From NCBI RefSeq assembly GCF_058153355.1, contig NZ_CM177019.1: 64,000 nucleotides of DNA. The stretch is one strand, 5' to 3'. Below the pieces are notes generated by a model. That model was not told the DNA's origin, searched no databases, and saw only the letters and a list, made by a program, of their open reading frames with translations. Made by a program: the position numbers and the translations under genes. Position 1 is the first letter of the stretch. Every line of letters starts with the position of its first letter. Positions 13,324 through 24,542 of this stretch are shown piece by piece.

Positions 13324-14500
13324 ATTGCAGACCGCGCTCTTTCAGGCGTTCGATACCCTGAATCTGCAACGGGTAAAAACATTTAGCGTTCCACCGGTGA
13401 CGCTTTGCGGTCCGGGCGCGGTGAGCAGTTGCGGACAGCAAGCGCAAACGCGTGGGCTGAAACATCTGTTCGTGATGGCAGACAGCTTTTTGCATCAGGC
13501 AGGGATGACCGCCGGGCTGACGCGTAGCCTGGCCGTTAAAGGTATCGCCATGACGCTCTGGCCATGTCCGGTGGGCGAACCGTGCATCACTGACGTGTGT
13601 GCAGCCGTGGCGCAGTTGCGTGAATCAGGCTGTGATGGGGTGATCGCGTTTGGCGGTGGCTCGGTGCTGGATGCGGCAAAAGCCGTGGCGTTGCTGGTAA
13701 CGAATCCCGATAGCACGCTGGCAGAAATGTCAGAAACCAGCGTTCTGCAACCGCGCCTGCCGTTGATTGCCATTCCAACTACCGCCGGAACCGGCTCTGA
13801 AACCACCAATGTAACGGTGATTATCGACGCGGTGAGCGGGCGCAAGCAGGTGTTAGCACATGCCTCGTTGATGCCGGATGTGGCGATTCTCGACGCCGCG
13901 CTGACCGAAGGTGTGCCGTCGCATGTCACGGCAATGACCGGTATCGACGCGTTAACCCATGCTATTGAAGCGTACAGCGCGCTGTACGCTACACCGTTTA
14001 CCGACAGCCTAGCGATTGGTGCCATTGCGATGATTGGCAAATCGCTGCCGAAAGCGGTGGGCTACGGTCATGACCTTGCCGCGCGCGAGAGCATGTTACT
14101 GGCTTCATGTATGGCGGGAATGGCATTTTCCAGTGCCGGACTTGGGTTATGTCACGCGATGGCGCATCAGCCGGGGGCGGCGCTGCATATTCCGCACGGA
14201 CTGGCGAACGCCATGCTGCTGCCCACGGTGATGGAGTTTAACCGGATGGTCTGTCGCGAACGGTTTAGTCAGATTGGTCGGGCGCTGCGAACTAAAAAAT
14301 CAGACGATCGTGACGCTATTAACGCGGTAAGTGAGCTGATTGCGGAAGTCGGGATTGGTAAACGACTGGGCGATGTTGGTGCGGCATCTGCGCATTACGG
14401 CGCATGGGCGCAGGCCGCGCTGGAAGATATTTGTCTGCGCAGCAACCCGCGTACCGCCAGCCTGGAGCAGATTGTCGGCTTGTACGCAGCGGCGCAATAA
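13313..14500 (+). CDS. eutG: EutG, iron-containing alcohol dehydrogenase
   Basis: 395-aa Fe-ADH family ORF. Confidence 0.9.
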   Translation: MQNELQTALFQAFDTLNLQRVKTFSVPPVTLCGPGAVSSCGQQAQTRGLKHLFVMADSFLHQAGMTAGLTRSLAVKGIAMTLWPCPVGEPCITDVCAAVAQLRESGCDGVIAFGGGSVLDAAKAVALLVTNPDSTLAEMSETSVLQPRLPLIAIPTTAGTGSETTNVTVIIDAVSGRKQVLAHASLMPDVAILDAALTEGVPSHVTAMTGIDALTHAIEAYSALYATPFTDSLAIGAIAMIGKSLPKAVGYGHDLAARESMLLASCMAGMAFSSAGLGLCHAMAHQPGAALHIPHGLANAMLLPTVMEFNRMVCRERFSQIGRALRTKKSDDRDAINAVSELIAEVGIGKRLGDVGAASAHYGAWAQAALEDICLRSNPRTASLEQIVGLYAAAQ

Positions 14501-14501
14501 A

Positions 14502-14586
<85 letters not shown>

Positions 14587-14616
14587 ATAAATAACAACTA
14601 ACAGGGAGTAAAGGCG

Positions 14617-15843
14617 ATGGGAATTAACGAAATCATCATGTACATCATGATGTTCTTTATGCTGATAGCTGCCGTGGACAGGATCCTGTCGCAGTTCGGC
14701 GGTTCTGCTCGTTTCCTCGGTAAGTTCGGTAAAAGTATCGAAGGATCAGGCGGTCAGTTCGAAGAAGGCTTTATGGCAATGGGCGCTCTGGGCCTGGCGA
14801 TGGTCGGTATGACCGCGCTGGCACCGGTACTGGCTCACGTACTCGGGCCGGTAATTATCCCGGTTTACGAAATGCTCGGCGCAAACCCGTCAATGTTCGC
14901 CGGAACGCTGCTGGCGTGCGATATGGGCGGCTTCTTCCTCGCCAAAGAGCTGGCGGGCGGCGACGTAGCAGCGTGGCTATACTCTGGGTTAATTCTCGGG
15001 TCGATGATGGGGCCAACGATTGTGTTTTCCATTCCGGTGGCGCTCGGCATTATCGAACCTTCTGACCGTCGTTATCTGGCGCTCGGCGTGCTGGCGGGCA
15101 TTGTGACCATTCCGATTGGCTGTATTGCTGGTGGTCTGGTGGCTATGTACTCCGGTGTGCAGATCAACGGTCAGCCGGTGGAATTCACCTTTGCCCTGAT
15201 CCTGATGAACATGATCCCGGTACTTATCGTTGCGGTGCTGGTGGCGCTGGGGCTGAAATTCATCCCGGAAAAAATGATCAACGGCTTCCAGATCTTCGCC
15301 AAATTCCTCGTTGCATTGATCACCCTCGGTCTTGCTGCCGCGGTAGTGAAATTCCTGCTCGGTTGGGAACTGATCCCCGGTCTGGATCCGATCTTCATGG
15401 CCCCTGGCGATAAACCCGGTGAAGTGATGCGCGCCATTGAAGTTATCGGTTCTATCTCCTGCGTGCTGTTAGGGGCGTATCCGATGGTGCTGCTGCTGAC
15501 CCGCTGGTTTGAAAAACCGCTGATGAGCGTCGGTAAAGTGCTGAATATGAACAACATCGCGGCAGCCGGCATGGTGGCAACGCTTGCCAACAACATCCCG
15601 ATGTTTGGCATGATGAAGCAGATGGATACCCGCGGCAAAGTCATCAACTGTGCCTTCGCCGTTTCCGCTGCTTTCGCCCTGGGTGACCACTTAGGCTTCG
15701 CCGCTGCCAACATGAACGCCATGATCTTCCCGATGATTGTCGGCAAGTTGATCGGCGGCGTAACGGCGATTGGCGTGGCGATGATGCTGGTGCCAAAAGA
15801 AGACGCGACCGCGGCTAAAACCGAAGCGGAGGCACAATCGTGA
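14617..15843 (+). CDS. eutH: EutH, ethanolamine permease
   Basis: 408-aa polytopic membrane ORF. Confidence 0.9.
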   Translation: MGINEIIMYIMMFFMLIAAVDRILSQFGGSARFLGKFGKSIEGSGGQFEEGFMAMGALGLAMVGMTALAPVLAHVLGPVIIPVYEMLGANPSMFAGTLLACDMGGFFLAKELAGGDVAAWLYSGLILGSMMGPTIVFSIPVALGIIEPSDRRYLALGVLAGIVTIPIGCIAGGLVAMYSGVQINGQPVEFTFALILMNMIPVLIVAVLVALGLKFIPEKMINGFQIFAKFLVALITLGLAAAVVKFLLGWELIPGLDPIFMAPGDKPGEVMRAIEVIGSISCVLLGAYPMVLLLTRWFEKPLMSVGKVLNMNNIAAAGMVATLANNIPMFGMMKQMDTRGKVINCAFAVSAAFALGDHLGFAAANMNAMIFPMIVGKLIGGVTAIGVAMMLVPKEDATAAKTEAEAQS

Positions 15844-17243
15844 ACACTCGCCAGCTACTGAGCGTCGGTATCGATATCGGCACTACCACCACCCAGGTGA
15901 TCTTCTCCCACCTGGAGCTGGTTAACCGTGCGGCGGTGTCGCAGGTGCCGCGCTACGAATTCATCAAACGCGAAATTAGCTGGCAAAGCCCGGTGTTCTT
16001 TACCCCTGTCGATAAACTGGGCGGTTTAAAAGAAGCGGAACTGAAAACCTTAATCCTCGAGCAATATCAGGCTGCGGGCATTGCGCCGGAAAGCGTTGAT
16101 TCTGGTGCCATCATCATCACCGGTGAAAGCGCGAAAACCCGCAATGCTCGCCCGGCGGTGATGACGCTCTCTCAGTCGCTGGGCGATTTTGTCGTTGCCA
16201 GCGCTGGGCCGCATCTCGAATCCGTGATCGCCGGTCACGGTGCTGGGGCGCAAACCCTTTCTGAACAACGGTTATGTCGGGTACTGAATATTGACATCGG
16301 CGGTGGCACCGCGAACTACGCTTTGTTCGATGCCGGAAAAATCAGCGGCACTGCCTGCCTTAACGTCGGCGGTCGCCTGCTGGAAACCGACAGCCAGGGG
16401 CGCGTGGTTTACGCTCATAAACCGGGGCAGATGATAGTGGATGAGTGCTTTGGTGCAGGCACTGACGCCCGTTCACTGACCGGCGCGCAGCTGGTGCAGG
16501 TTACCCGGCGGATGGCGGAACTGATTGTCGAAGTGATTGACGGAACGCTCTCGCCGCTCGCGCAGGCATTGATGCAAACCGGTTTGCTGCCCGCAGGTGT
16601 TACGCCCGAAATCATTACGCTTTCTGGCGGCGTGGGCGAATGTTATCGCCACCAGCCCGCTGACCCGTTCTGTTTTGCCGATATTGGCCCGCTTCTGGCA
16701 ACGGCGCTGCATGAGCATCCTCGTCTGCGTGAGATGAACGTGCAGTTTCCAGCGCAAACCGTGCGCGCCACGGTGATTGGCGCGGGCGCACATACTCTTT
16801 CGCTCTCTGGCAGCACAATCTGGCTGGAGGGGGTACAACTGCCGCTGCGCAATTTGCCGGTGGCGATCCCAATTGATGAAACGGATCTGGTGAGTGCCTG
16901 GCAACAGGCGCTGATTCAGCTGGATCTTGATCCCAAAACTGACGCGTACGTGCTGGCGCTTCCCGCCTCGCTGCCTGTGCGTTACGCCGCGGTACTGACG
17001 GTCATCAACGCGCTGGTCGATTTCGTCGCGCGTTTTCCGAATCCGCATCCCCTGCTGGTGGTGGCCGGGCAGGACTTTGGTAAAGCTCTGGGCATGTTGT
17101 TGCGCCCACAGCTACAACAACTCCCGTTGGCAGTCATTGACGAAGTGATTGTCCGCGCGGGGGACTATATCGACATTGGTACGCCTCTTTTTGGCGGATC
17201 GGTTGTGCCGGTGACGGTGAAATCACTCGCATTTCCTTCCTGA
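15840..17243 (+). CDS. eutA: EutA, ethanolamine ammonia-lyase reactivase
   Basis: 467-aa ORF; operon position. Confidence 0.9.
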   Translation: MNTRQLLSVGIDIGTTTTQVIFSHLELVNRAAVSQVPRYEFIKREISWQSPVFFTPVDKLGGLKEAELKTLILEQYQAAGIAPESVDSGAIIITGESAKTRNARPAVMTLSQSLGDFVVASAGPHLESVIAGHGAGAQTLSEQRLCRVLNIDIGGGTANYALFDAGKISGTACLNVGGRLLETDSQGRVVYAHKPGQMIVDECFGAGTDARSLTGAQLVQVTRRMAELIVEVIDGTLSPLAQALMQTGLLPAGVTPEIITLSGGVGECYRHQPADPFCFADIGPLLATALHEHPRLREMNVQFPAQTVRATVIGAGAHTLSLSGSTIWLEGVQLPLRNLPVAIPIDETDLVSAWQQALIQLDLDPKTDAYVLALPASLPVRYAAVLTVINALVDFVARFPNPHPLLVVAGQDFGKALGMLLRPQLQQLPLAVIDEVIVRAGDYIDIGTPLFGGSVVPVTVKSLAFPS

Positions 17244-17254
17244 GGGAACGACTT

Positions 17255-18616
17255 ATGAAACTAAAGACCACATTGTTCGGCAATGTATATCAGTTTAAGG
17301 ATGTAAAAGAGGTGCTGGCTAAAGCCAACGAACTTCGTTCGGGGGATGTGCTGGCGGGCGTTGCAGCGGCAAGCTCACAGGAGCGCGTGGCGGCAAAGCA
17401 GGTGTTGTCGGAAATGACTGTAGCGGATATCCGCAATAATCCGGTGATTGCCTATGAAGATGACTGCGTGACGCGACTGATTCAGGACGACGTTAACGAA
17501 ACGGCCTACAACCAGATTAAAAACTGGAGCATCAGCGAACTGCGTGAGTATGTGCTGAGTGATGAAACCAGCGTTGGCGACATTGCTTTTACCCGCAAAG
17601 GGCTGACCTCGGAAGTGGTCGCGGCGGTAGCGAAGATTTGCTCTAACGCGGACCTGATCTACGGCGCGAAGAAAATGCCGGTAATCAAAAAGGCCAATAC
17701 AACTATTGGTATTCCGGGCACCTTCAGCGCCCGTTTGCAGCCAAACGATACCCGCGACGACGTGCAAAGTATCGCCGCGCAAATCTACGAAGGGCTTTCT
17801 TTCGGGGTGGGCGATGCGGTGATCGGCGTTAACCCGGTGACTGACGACGTGGAAAACTTAAGCCGCGTGCTGGATACCATCTATGGCGTGATCGACAAAT
17901 TCAACATTCCGACCCAGGGCTGCGTGCTGGCGCACGTTACTACCCAGATTGAAGCGATCCGTCGCGGCGCGCCGGGCGGGCTGATTTTCCAGAGCATCTG
18001 CGGCAGCGAAAAAGGGCTGAAAGAGTTTGGCGTAGAGCTGGCGATGCTCGACGAAGCGCGCGCAGTGGGCGCGGAGTTCAACCGTATCGCCGGGGAAAAC
18101 TGCCTCTACTTCGAAACCGGGCAAGGCTCGGCGCTATCCGCTGGCGCTAACTTCGGCGCTGACCAGGTGACGATGGAAGCACGTAACTATGGGCTGGCGC
18201 GTCATTATGATCCGTTTATCGTCAACACCGTGGTCGGTTTTATTGGGCCGGAGTATCTCTACAACGACCGCCAGATTATCCGTGCTGGCTTAGAAGATCA
18301 CTTTATGGGCAAGCTGAGCGGCATCTCTATGGGCTGTGACTGCTGCTACACCAACCACGCTGACGCTGACCAGAACCTCAACGAAAACCTGATGATCCTG
18401 CTCGCCACCGCAGGCTGCAACTACATCATGGGGATGCCGCTGGGTGATGACATCATGCTCAACTACCAGACCACCGCATTCCACGATACCGCCACTGTGC
18501 GTCAGTTACTCAACCTGCGCCCGTCACCGGAGTTTGAACGCTGGCTGGAAAGCATGGGCATTATGGCAAACGGTCGCCTGACCAAACGGGCGGGCGATCC
18601 GTCACTGTTCTTCTGA
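17255..18616 (+). CDS. eutB: EutB, ethanolamine ammonia-lyase large subunit
   Basis: 453-aa ORF, follows eutA directly. Confidence 0.93.
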   Translation: MKLKTTLFGNVYQFKDVKEVLAKANELRSGDVLAGVAAASSQERVAAKQVLSEMTVADIRNNPVIAYEDDCVTRLIQDDVNETAYNQIKNWSISELREYVLSDETSVGDIAFTRKGLTSEVVAAVAKICSNADLIYGAKKMPVIKKANTTIGIPGTFSARLQPNDTRDDVQSIAAQIYEGLSFGVGDAVIGVNPVTDDVENLSRVLDTIYGVIDKFNIPTQGCVLAHVTTQIEAIRRGAPGGLIFQSICGSEKGLKEFGVELAMLDEARAVGAEFNRIAGENCLYFETGQGSALSAGANFGADQVTMEARNYGLARHYDPFIVNTVVGFIGPEYLYNDRQIIRAGLEDHFMGKLSGISMGCDCCYTNHADADQNLNENLMILLATAGCNYIMGMPLGDDIMLNYQTTAFHDTATVRQLLNLRPSPEFERWLESMGIMANGRLTKRAGDPSLFF

Positions 18617-18636
18617 TGACGCGGAGATAACACATC

Positions 18637-19524
18637 ATGGATCAAAAACAGATTGAAGAAATTGTACGCAGCGTGATGGCGTCAATGGGACAAGCGGCCC
18701 CCGCGCCGTCAGAAGCAAAATGCGCCACTACCACCTGTGCAGCACCGGTGACCTCGGAAAGCTGCGCGCTGGATTTAGGTTCCGCGGAAGCAAAAGCGTG
18801 GATTGGCATTGAAAACCCGCATCGCGCAGACGTATTAACAGAACTGCGCCGCAGCACCGTGGCTCGCGTCTGTACCGGTCGTGCTGGTCCGCGTCCGCGT
18901 ACCCAGGCGTTGTTGCGTTTCCTGGCCGATCACTCTCGTTCGAAAGACACCGTACTGAAAGAAGTGCCGGAAGAGTGGGTGAAAGCGCAGGGCTTGCTGG
19001 AGGTCCGCTCTGAAATTAGCGACAAAAATCTCTATCTGACTCGCCCGGATATGGGCCGCCGCTTGTGTGCAGAGGCTGTTGAAGCGCTGAAAGCGCAGTG
19101 TGTTGCTAATCCGGACGTACAGGTGGTTATTTCCGATGGTCTATCTACTGATGCGATCACCGTGAACTATGAAGAGATTCTGCCACCGCTGATGGCGGGC
19201 CTGAAACAGGCCGGGTTGAAAGTCGGCACACCGTTCTTTGTGCGTTACGGTCGCGTGAAGATTGAAGATCAGATTGGCGAACTTCTTGGCGCGAAAGTGG
19301 TGATCCTGCTGGTGGGTGAACGTCCGGGGTTGGGGCAGTCAGAAAGTCTCTCCTGCTACGCCGTTTACTCGCCGCGTATGGTAACCACCGTTGAGGCCGA
19401 TCGCACCTGTATCTCTAACATTCACCAGGGCGGCACGCCGCCGGTTGAAGCCGCAGCCGTCATTGTGGATTTGGCGAAACGTATGCTGGAGCAGAAAGCA
19501 TCCGGCATCAACATGACCCGATAA
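18637..19524 (+). CDS. eutC: EutC, ethanolamine ammonia-lyase small subunit
   Basis: 295-aa ORF. Confidence 0.92.
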   Translation: MDQKQIEEIVRSVMASMGQAAPAPSEAKCATTTCAAPVTSESCALDLGSAEAKAWIGIENPHRADVLTELRRSTVARVCTGRAGPRPRTQALLRFLADHSRSKDTVLKEVPEEWVKAQGLLEVRSEISDKNLYLTRPDMGRRLCAEAVEALKAQCVANPDVQVVISDGLSTDAITVNYEEILPPLMAGLKQAGLKVGTPFFVRYGRVKIEDQIGELLGAKVVILLVGERPGLGQSESLSCYAVYSPRMVTTVEADRTCISNIHQGGTPPVEAAAVIVDLAKRMLEQKASGINMTR

Positions 19525-19533
19525 GGAGGCATC

Positions 19534-20193
19534 ATGCCAGCTTTAGATTTGATTCGACCGTCGGTAACCGCCATGCGGGTGATAGCCTCTGTTAACGCCG
19601 AATTTGCGCGTGAACTGAAATTGCCGCCGCATATTCGTAGCCTCGGGCTGATTTCTGCTGATTCCGATGACGTCACCTACATTGCGGCTGACGAAGCGAC
19701 CAAGCAGGCGATGGTTGAAGTCGTGTATGGTCGCTCGCTGTATGCGGGAGCTGCACACGGGCCGTCACCGACTGCCGGTGAAGTGCTGATTATGCTCGGG
19801 GGGCCAAACCCGGCGGAAGTGCGTGCCGGTCTGGATGCGATGGTTGCGCATATTGAAAATGGCGCTGCTTTCCAGTGGGCTAATGATGCAGAAAACACAG
19901 CCTTCCTGGCGCATGTCGTTTCGCGTACCGGCTCTTATCTCTCATCAACCGCCGGGATCACGCTTGGCGATCCGCTGGCGTATCTGGTGGCACCGCCGCT
20001 GGAAGCGACTTACGGCATTGATGCAGCGTTGAAATCTGCCGACGTGCAACTGGTGACCTATGTACCGCCACCGTCTGAAACCAACTACTCGGCAGCATTT
20101 TTAACCGGTAGCCAGGCCGCGTGTAAAGCAGCCTGTAACGCCTTTACCGATGCAGTGCTGGAAATCGCGCGTAATCCAATCCAGCGTGCGTAA
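19534..20193 (+). CDS. eutL: EutL, BMC shell protein (tandem BMC domain)
   Basis: 219-aa ORF. Confidence 0.9.
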   Translation: MPALDLIRPSVTAMRVIASVNAEFARELKLPPHIRSLGLISADSDDVTYIAADEATKQAMVEVVYGRSLYAGAAHGPSPTAGEVLIMLGGPNPAEVRAGLDAMVAHIENGAAFQWANDAENTAFLAHVVSRTGSYLSSTAGITLGDPLAYLVAPPLEATYGIDAALKSADVQLVTYVPPPSETNYSAAFLTGSQAACKAACNAFTDAVLEIARNPIQRA

Positions 20194-20205
20194 CGGAGGT
20201 TGCCG

Positions 20206-20706
20206 ATGATCAATGCACTGGGATTGCTGGAAGTGGACGGCATGGTCGCCGCGATAGATGCAGCTGATGCCATGCTCAAAGCAGCTAACGTTCGTCTGCT
20301 CAGTCACGAAGTGCTTGACCCTGGTCGCCTAACGCTGGTGGTGGAAGGCGATCTGGCGGCGTGTCGTGCGGCGCTGGACGCAGGTTGTGCTGCCGCGATG
20401 CGTACCGGGCGTGTCATCAGCCGTAAGGAGATCGGTCGGCCAGACGATGACACCCAGTGGCTGGTTACTGGCTTTAACCGCCAGCCGAAGCAACCCGTAA
20501 AGGAACCCGACGCGCCAGTTATCGTCGCGGAATCTGCTGACGAGTTGTTGGCGCTGTTAACATCAGTACGTCAGGGAATGACGGCAGGAGAAGTGGCTGC
20601 CCACTTTGGCTGGCCGCTGGAAAAAGCCAGAAATGCGCTCGAACAGCTCTTTTCTGCCGGGACGTTACGTAAACGCAGTAGTCGTTATCGTCTCAAGCCC
20701 CATTAA
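20206..20706 (+). CDS. eutK: EutK, BMC shell protein with C-terminal nucleic-acid-binding-like domain
   Basis: MINALGLLEVDGMVAAIDAADAMLKAANV...; 166 aa from internal Met. Confidence 0.88.
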   Translation: MINALGLLEVDGMVAAIDAADAMLKAANVRLLSHEVLDPGRLTLVVEGDLAACRAALDAGCAAAMRTGRVISRKEIGRPDDDTQWLVTGFNRQPKQPVKEPDAPVIVAESADELLALLTSVRQGMTAGEVAAHFGWPLEKARNALEQLFSAGTLRKRSSRYRLKPH

Positions 20707-20751
20707 CCTGTCGGAGGTGCCGGGTGTCCTACAACACCCGGCATTAACATC

Positions 20752-21804
20752 ATGAAAAAGACCCGTACAGCTAATTTGCACCATCTTTATCATGAACCCT
20801 TACCCGAAAACCTGAAGCTAACGCCGAAGGTCGAAGTGGATAATGTTCATCAACGGCAAACAACGGATGTCTATGAACATGCTTTGACGATTACCGCCTG
20901 GCAGCAGATTTACGATCAGCTGCATCCGGGCAAATTTCATGGTGAATTTACGGAAATTCTGCTCGATGATATTCAGGTTTTCCGTGAATACACGGGGCTG
21001 GCGCTGCGTCAGTCGTGCCTGGTCTGGCCGAATTCGTTCTGGTTTGGCATTCCGGCGACGCGCGGTGAGCAGGGATTTATCGGTTCGCAATGTCTGGGAA
21101 GCGCAGAAATAGCGACGCGCCCTGGTGGAACCGAGTTTGAATTAAGTACGCCGGACGATTACACGATCCTTGGCGTGGTGCTTTCTGAAGATGTCATCAC
21201 CCGGCAGGCTAACTTTTTGCATAACCCGGAAAGGGTGCTGCATATGTTACGTAACCAGTCGGCGCTGGAAGTGAAAGAGCAGCATAAAGCCGCGCTGTGG
21301 GGCTTTGTCCAACAGGCTCTGGCGACATTTTGCGAGAACCCGGAAAATCTCCATCAGCCTGCAGTGCGAAAAGTGCTGGGGGATAATTTGCTAATGGCGA
21401 TGGGGGCGATGCTGGAAGAAGCGCAGCCAATGGTGACGGTGGAAAGCATCAGTCATCAGAGTTACCGTCGGTTGCTTTCCCGCGCCCGTGAATATGTGCT
21501 GGAAAACATGTCCGAACCGGTGACGGTGCTGGACTTGTGTAATCAACTGCACGTCAGTCGCCGCACCTTGCAAAACGCATTTCACGCTATTTTGGGCATT
21601 GGCCCGAATGCGTGGCTGAAACGCATTCGCCTGAACGCCGTGCGCCGTGAACTGATTAGCCCGTGGTCGCAAAGTATGACGGTAAAAGACGCCGCCATGC
21701 AGTGGGGATTCTGGCATCTTGGGCAGTTTGCCACGGATTATCAGCAATTGTTTGCAGAAAAGCCTTCACTGACGCTGCATCAGCGGATGCAGGAACTGGA
21801 GTGA
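20752..21804 (+). CDS. eutR: EutR, AraC-family activator of the eut operon
   Basis: 350-aa ORF with C-terminal AraC-type HTH. Confidence 0.9.
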   Translation: MKKTRTANLHHLYHEPLPENLKLTPKVEVDNVHQRQTTDVYEHALTITAWQQIYDQLHPGKFHGEFTEILLDDIQVFREYTGLALRQSCLVWPNSFWFGIPATRGEQGFIGSQCLGSAEIATRPGGTEFELSTPDDYTILGVVLSEDVITRQANFLHNPERVLHMLRNQSALEVKEQHKAALWGFVQQALATFCENPENLHQPAVRKVLGDNLLMAMGAMLEEAQPMVTVESISHQSYRRLLSRAREYVLENMSEPVTVLDLCNQLHVSRRTLQNAFHAILGIGPNAWLKRIRLNAVRRELISPWSQSMTVKDAAMQWGFWHLGQFATDYQQLFAEKPSLTLHQRMQELE

Positions 21805-21880
21805 GGGTGAGGGCCGGATGAGGATGGTGTTTGATCCGGTCCATAGTGAAGTTACAAATTACGTTGAATTGCTATGTATT

Positions 21881-22198
21881 TTATTGCCCAACGGGATAGG
21901 CGATAAACAAACCGACAATTGTCAAAATACACGCCAGCAGGAATACCAACATACAATTTACGCGCTTTCGCGAAATTTTAAATAAATAGCAAAATAGTGT
22001 TGTTACCACGATCACTACCGGGATAGTCATAAAATTAATAACGATGAGTGCTATCAATCCAAAACTTGCTCCTCCACCGTGGGGAATAAAAATGTGTTCT
22101 TCAAAATAAACTTCTATAGCAAATGCCAGCACACATCCCAGAAAACTCATATCCAGATGAGGGTGCCATTTACTTTCTTTATGTGATGTGTCTGACAT
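21881..22198 (-). CDS. hypothetical small membrane protein (about 3 predicted TM helices)
   Basis: 105-aa ORF with hydrophobic segments (FLGCVLAFAI, LIALIVINFMTIPVVIVVTTLF, LVFLLACILTIVGLFIAY); AT-rich; co-directional with and 40 bp downstream of the 420-aa ORF. Confidence 0.55.
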   Translation of the reverse strand: MSDTSHKESKWHPHLDMSFLGCVLAFAIEVYFEEHIFIPHGGGASFGLIALIVINFMTIPVVIVVTTLFCYLFKISRKRVNCMLVFLLACILTIVGLFIAYPVGQ

Positions 22199-22238
22199 TC
22201 TTAAATGCTCCCGTGAGCAAACTGGCGCAAAATAATTT

Positions 22239-23501
22239 CTAAGATTGCTGATAAGACGTCGCTGTTGTCCGGCACTCCGGGCAGATAAACGCGTAAATTA
22301 TCCCTTCGCCGTATTGTTCAATATCGGCATAATCCAGTTGCGCAAGAAACATCATTGTGTGGGAACATTGCGGACAGAGAGGATATTCCGCGTCCTGAAT
22401 CCAGGTTGGATGCCCGCCAAGTTGCGAGAAAGAGACAGGTAAAAATGGGTCTGCGGCAAATAACGGTGACCTAAGGTTTCCCTGTCTCATGCTGTTTACA
22501 GGGAGTCGACGCCATTCCGATACATCATCCGGCAGCCAGGCAGGCGGGATATTTTTTGCAGACAAATGAGCGTTACCCTTTGAGTCCATGTAGCCGAAAA
22601 TGGTGCTGTAGGCGGTGCAACATTCGCAAGTCACGACGCGAAAACTGCCGTTATCGCTAAGACCCGTTGCCTTCAGGTCAACGTCGAAAAGATTTGTTAG
22701 TGGCAATGCGCAATTTGGACAGGTATCGTTGCGTTCATCAACAACACGCAAAGCTTCGCAAGACCCGGTGCTTTTCATCTCCAGATGAAAACATTGAGGA
22801 AAATAGAGATTACGCCTTTGATCTTCAGCGGTTAACTCCCAACCGGCCTCATGCGCATATTCTTCAGGCTCGATGTAAAGGGAGCTGCGCCACGGCGGTG
22901 GGCTATTGCGCCAGTGGGCAAAACGTTCAACGACAACGTCATCCCCAATCCATGCCAGACATTGCAGAATACAATTTCTGTTTTCTGCATCATCCTCAAC
23001 CCGTTCTAACAGCCTGTCGCGTACATCTGTGGGGGCGCGGTGGAAAGGCATATAAGAATCATTGTCCAAATCATCGTAAGAGATCCATTCTCTGAAATAG
23101 GCATTCAGATTCGCCTGGGTAAATGCCGCCAGACAAAGGCAAATCTCCTGAGCGAGCTTATATTCACCAGATGCAAAGCGTTCTGTGGCGTAATCAGCCA
23201 TCAGCTGCGCTTGATCGGTGGTCAGTTGTTGATACAGGGCATCTGTGGGAACGGGGCAGGGAGTCCAGTCGATTAACGCATCGAATTTCCGCGGTTGGTG
23301 AATTAATTTCAGCATGACAACCGGATCGCTTAACCCTGCAAACGCATTCACGATCTTTTTGTTTTTCTTGATATATTCGTCGTGCTCACGTTGCTGTTGG
23401 GCCTGCTCGCAGGGCATGCAGTATCCGTTAGTACGCGCTGCGGTTTCCGGAAGAATGGTTGATATACAAGCGGGGCTTTTACAGGGAATACGGTGAGTCA
23501 T
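22239..23501 (-). CDS. hypothetical Cys-rich protein: N-terminal zinc-ribbon-like motif and C-terminal DUF1963 (YwqG)-like region
   Basis: 420-aa ORF; four CxxC motifs (CMPC, CPNC, CPQC, CPEC); C-terminus GGHPTWIQ...CPQCSHTMMFLAQLD...YAFICPEC resembles the DUF1963/YwqG signature as remembered. To my recollection not present between eutR and hemF in K-12. Confidence 0.6.
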   Translation of the reverse strand: MTHRIPCKSPACISTILPETAARTNGYCMPCEQAQQQREHDEYIKKNKKIVNAFAGLSDPVVMLKLIHQPRKFDALIDWTPCPVPTDALYQQLTTDQAQLMADYATERFASGEYKLAQEICLCLAAFTQANLNAYFREWISYDDLDNDSYMPFHRAPTDVRDRLLERVEDDAENRNCILQCLAWIGDDVVVERFAHWRNSPPPWRSSLYIEPEEYAHEAGWELTAEDQRRNLYFPQCFHLEMKSTGSCEALRVVDERNDTCPNCALPLTNLFDVDLKATGLSDNGSFRVVTCECCTAYSTIFGYMDSKGNAHLSAKNIPPAWLPDDVSEWRRLPVNSMRQGNLRSPLFAADPFLPVSFSQLGGHPTWIQDAEYPLCPQCSHTMMFLAQLDYADIEQYGEGIIYAFICPECRTTATSYQQS

Positions 23502-23639
23502 AGAGGCGCTCCTTGCCTGAGGATATTAAGTCGAAAGAGATTATTATTAGATATTAGGGTGTCACTATGGCACACAAATTAAAACAGCATTAATTTTATG
23601 CCACCAACCGAGGGTTATTTTTCTTTTATTTTCATGATA

Positions 23640-24542
<903 letters not shown>

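Noticed and set aside
13495-14040. 181-aa minus-strand ORF inside eutG
   Set aside because: Antisense shadow ORF within an Fe-alcohol dehydrogenase gene.
16473-17048. 191-aa minus-strand ORF inside eutA
   Set aside because: Antisense, Arg-rich, no support.
15840-18616. Prophage or integrase between eutA and eutB
   Set aside because: eutA ends at 17243 and eutB starts at 17255; there is no room for any inserted element.
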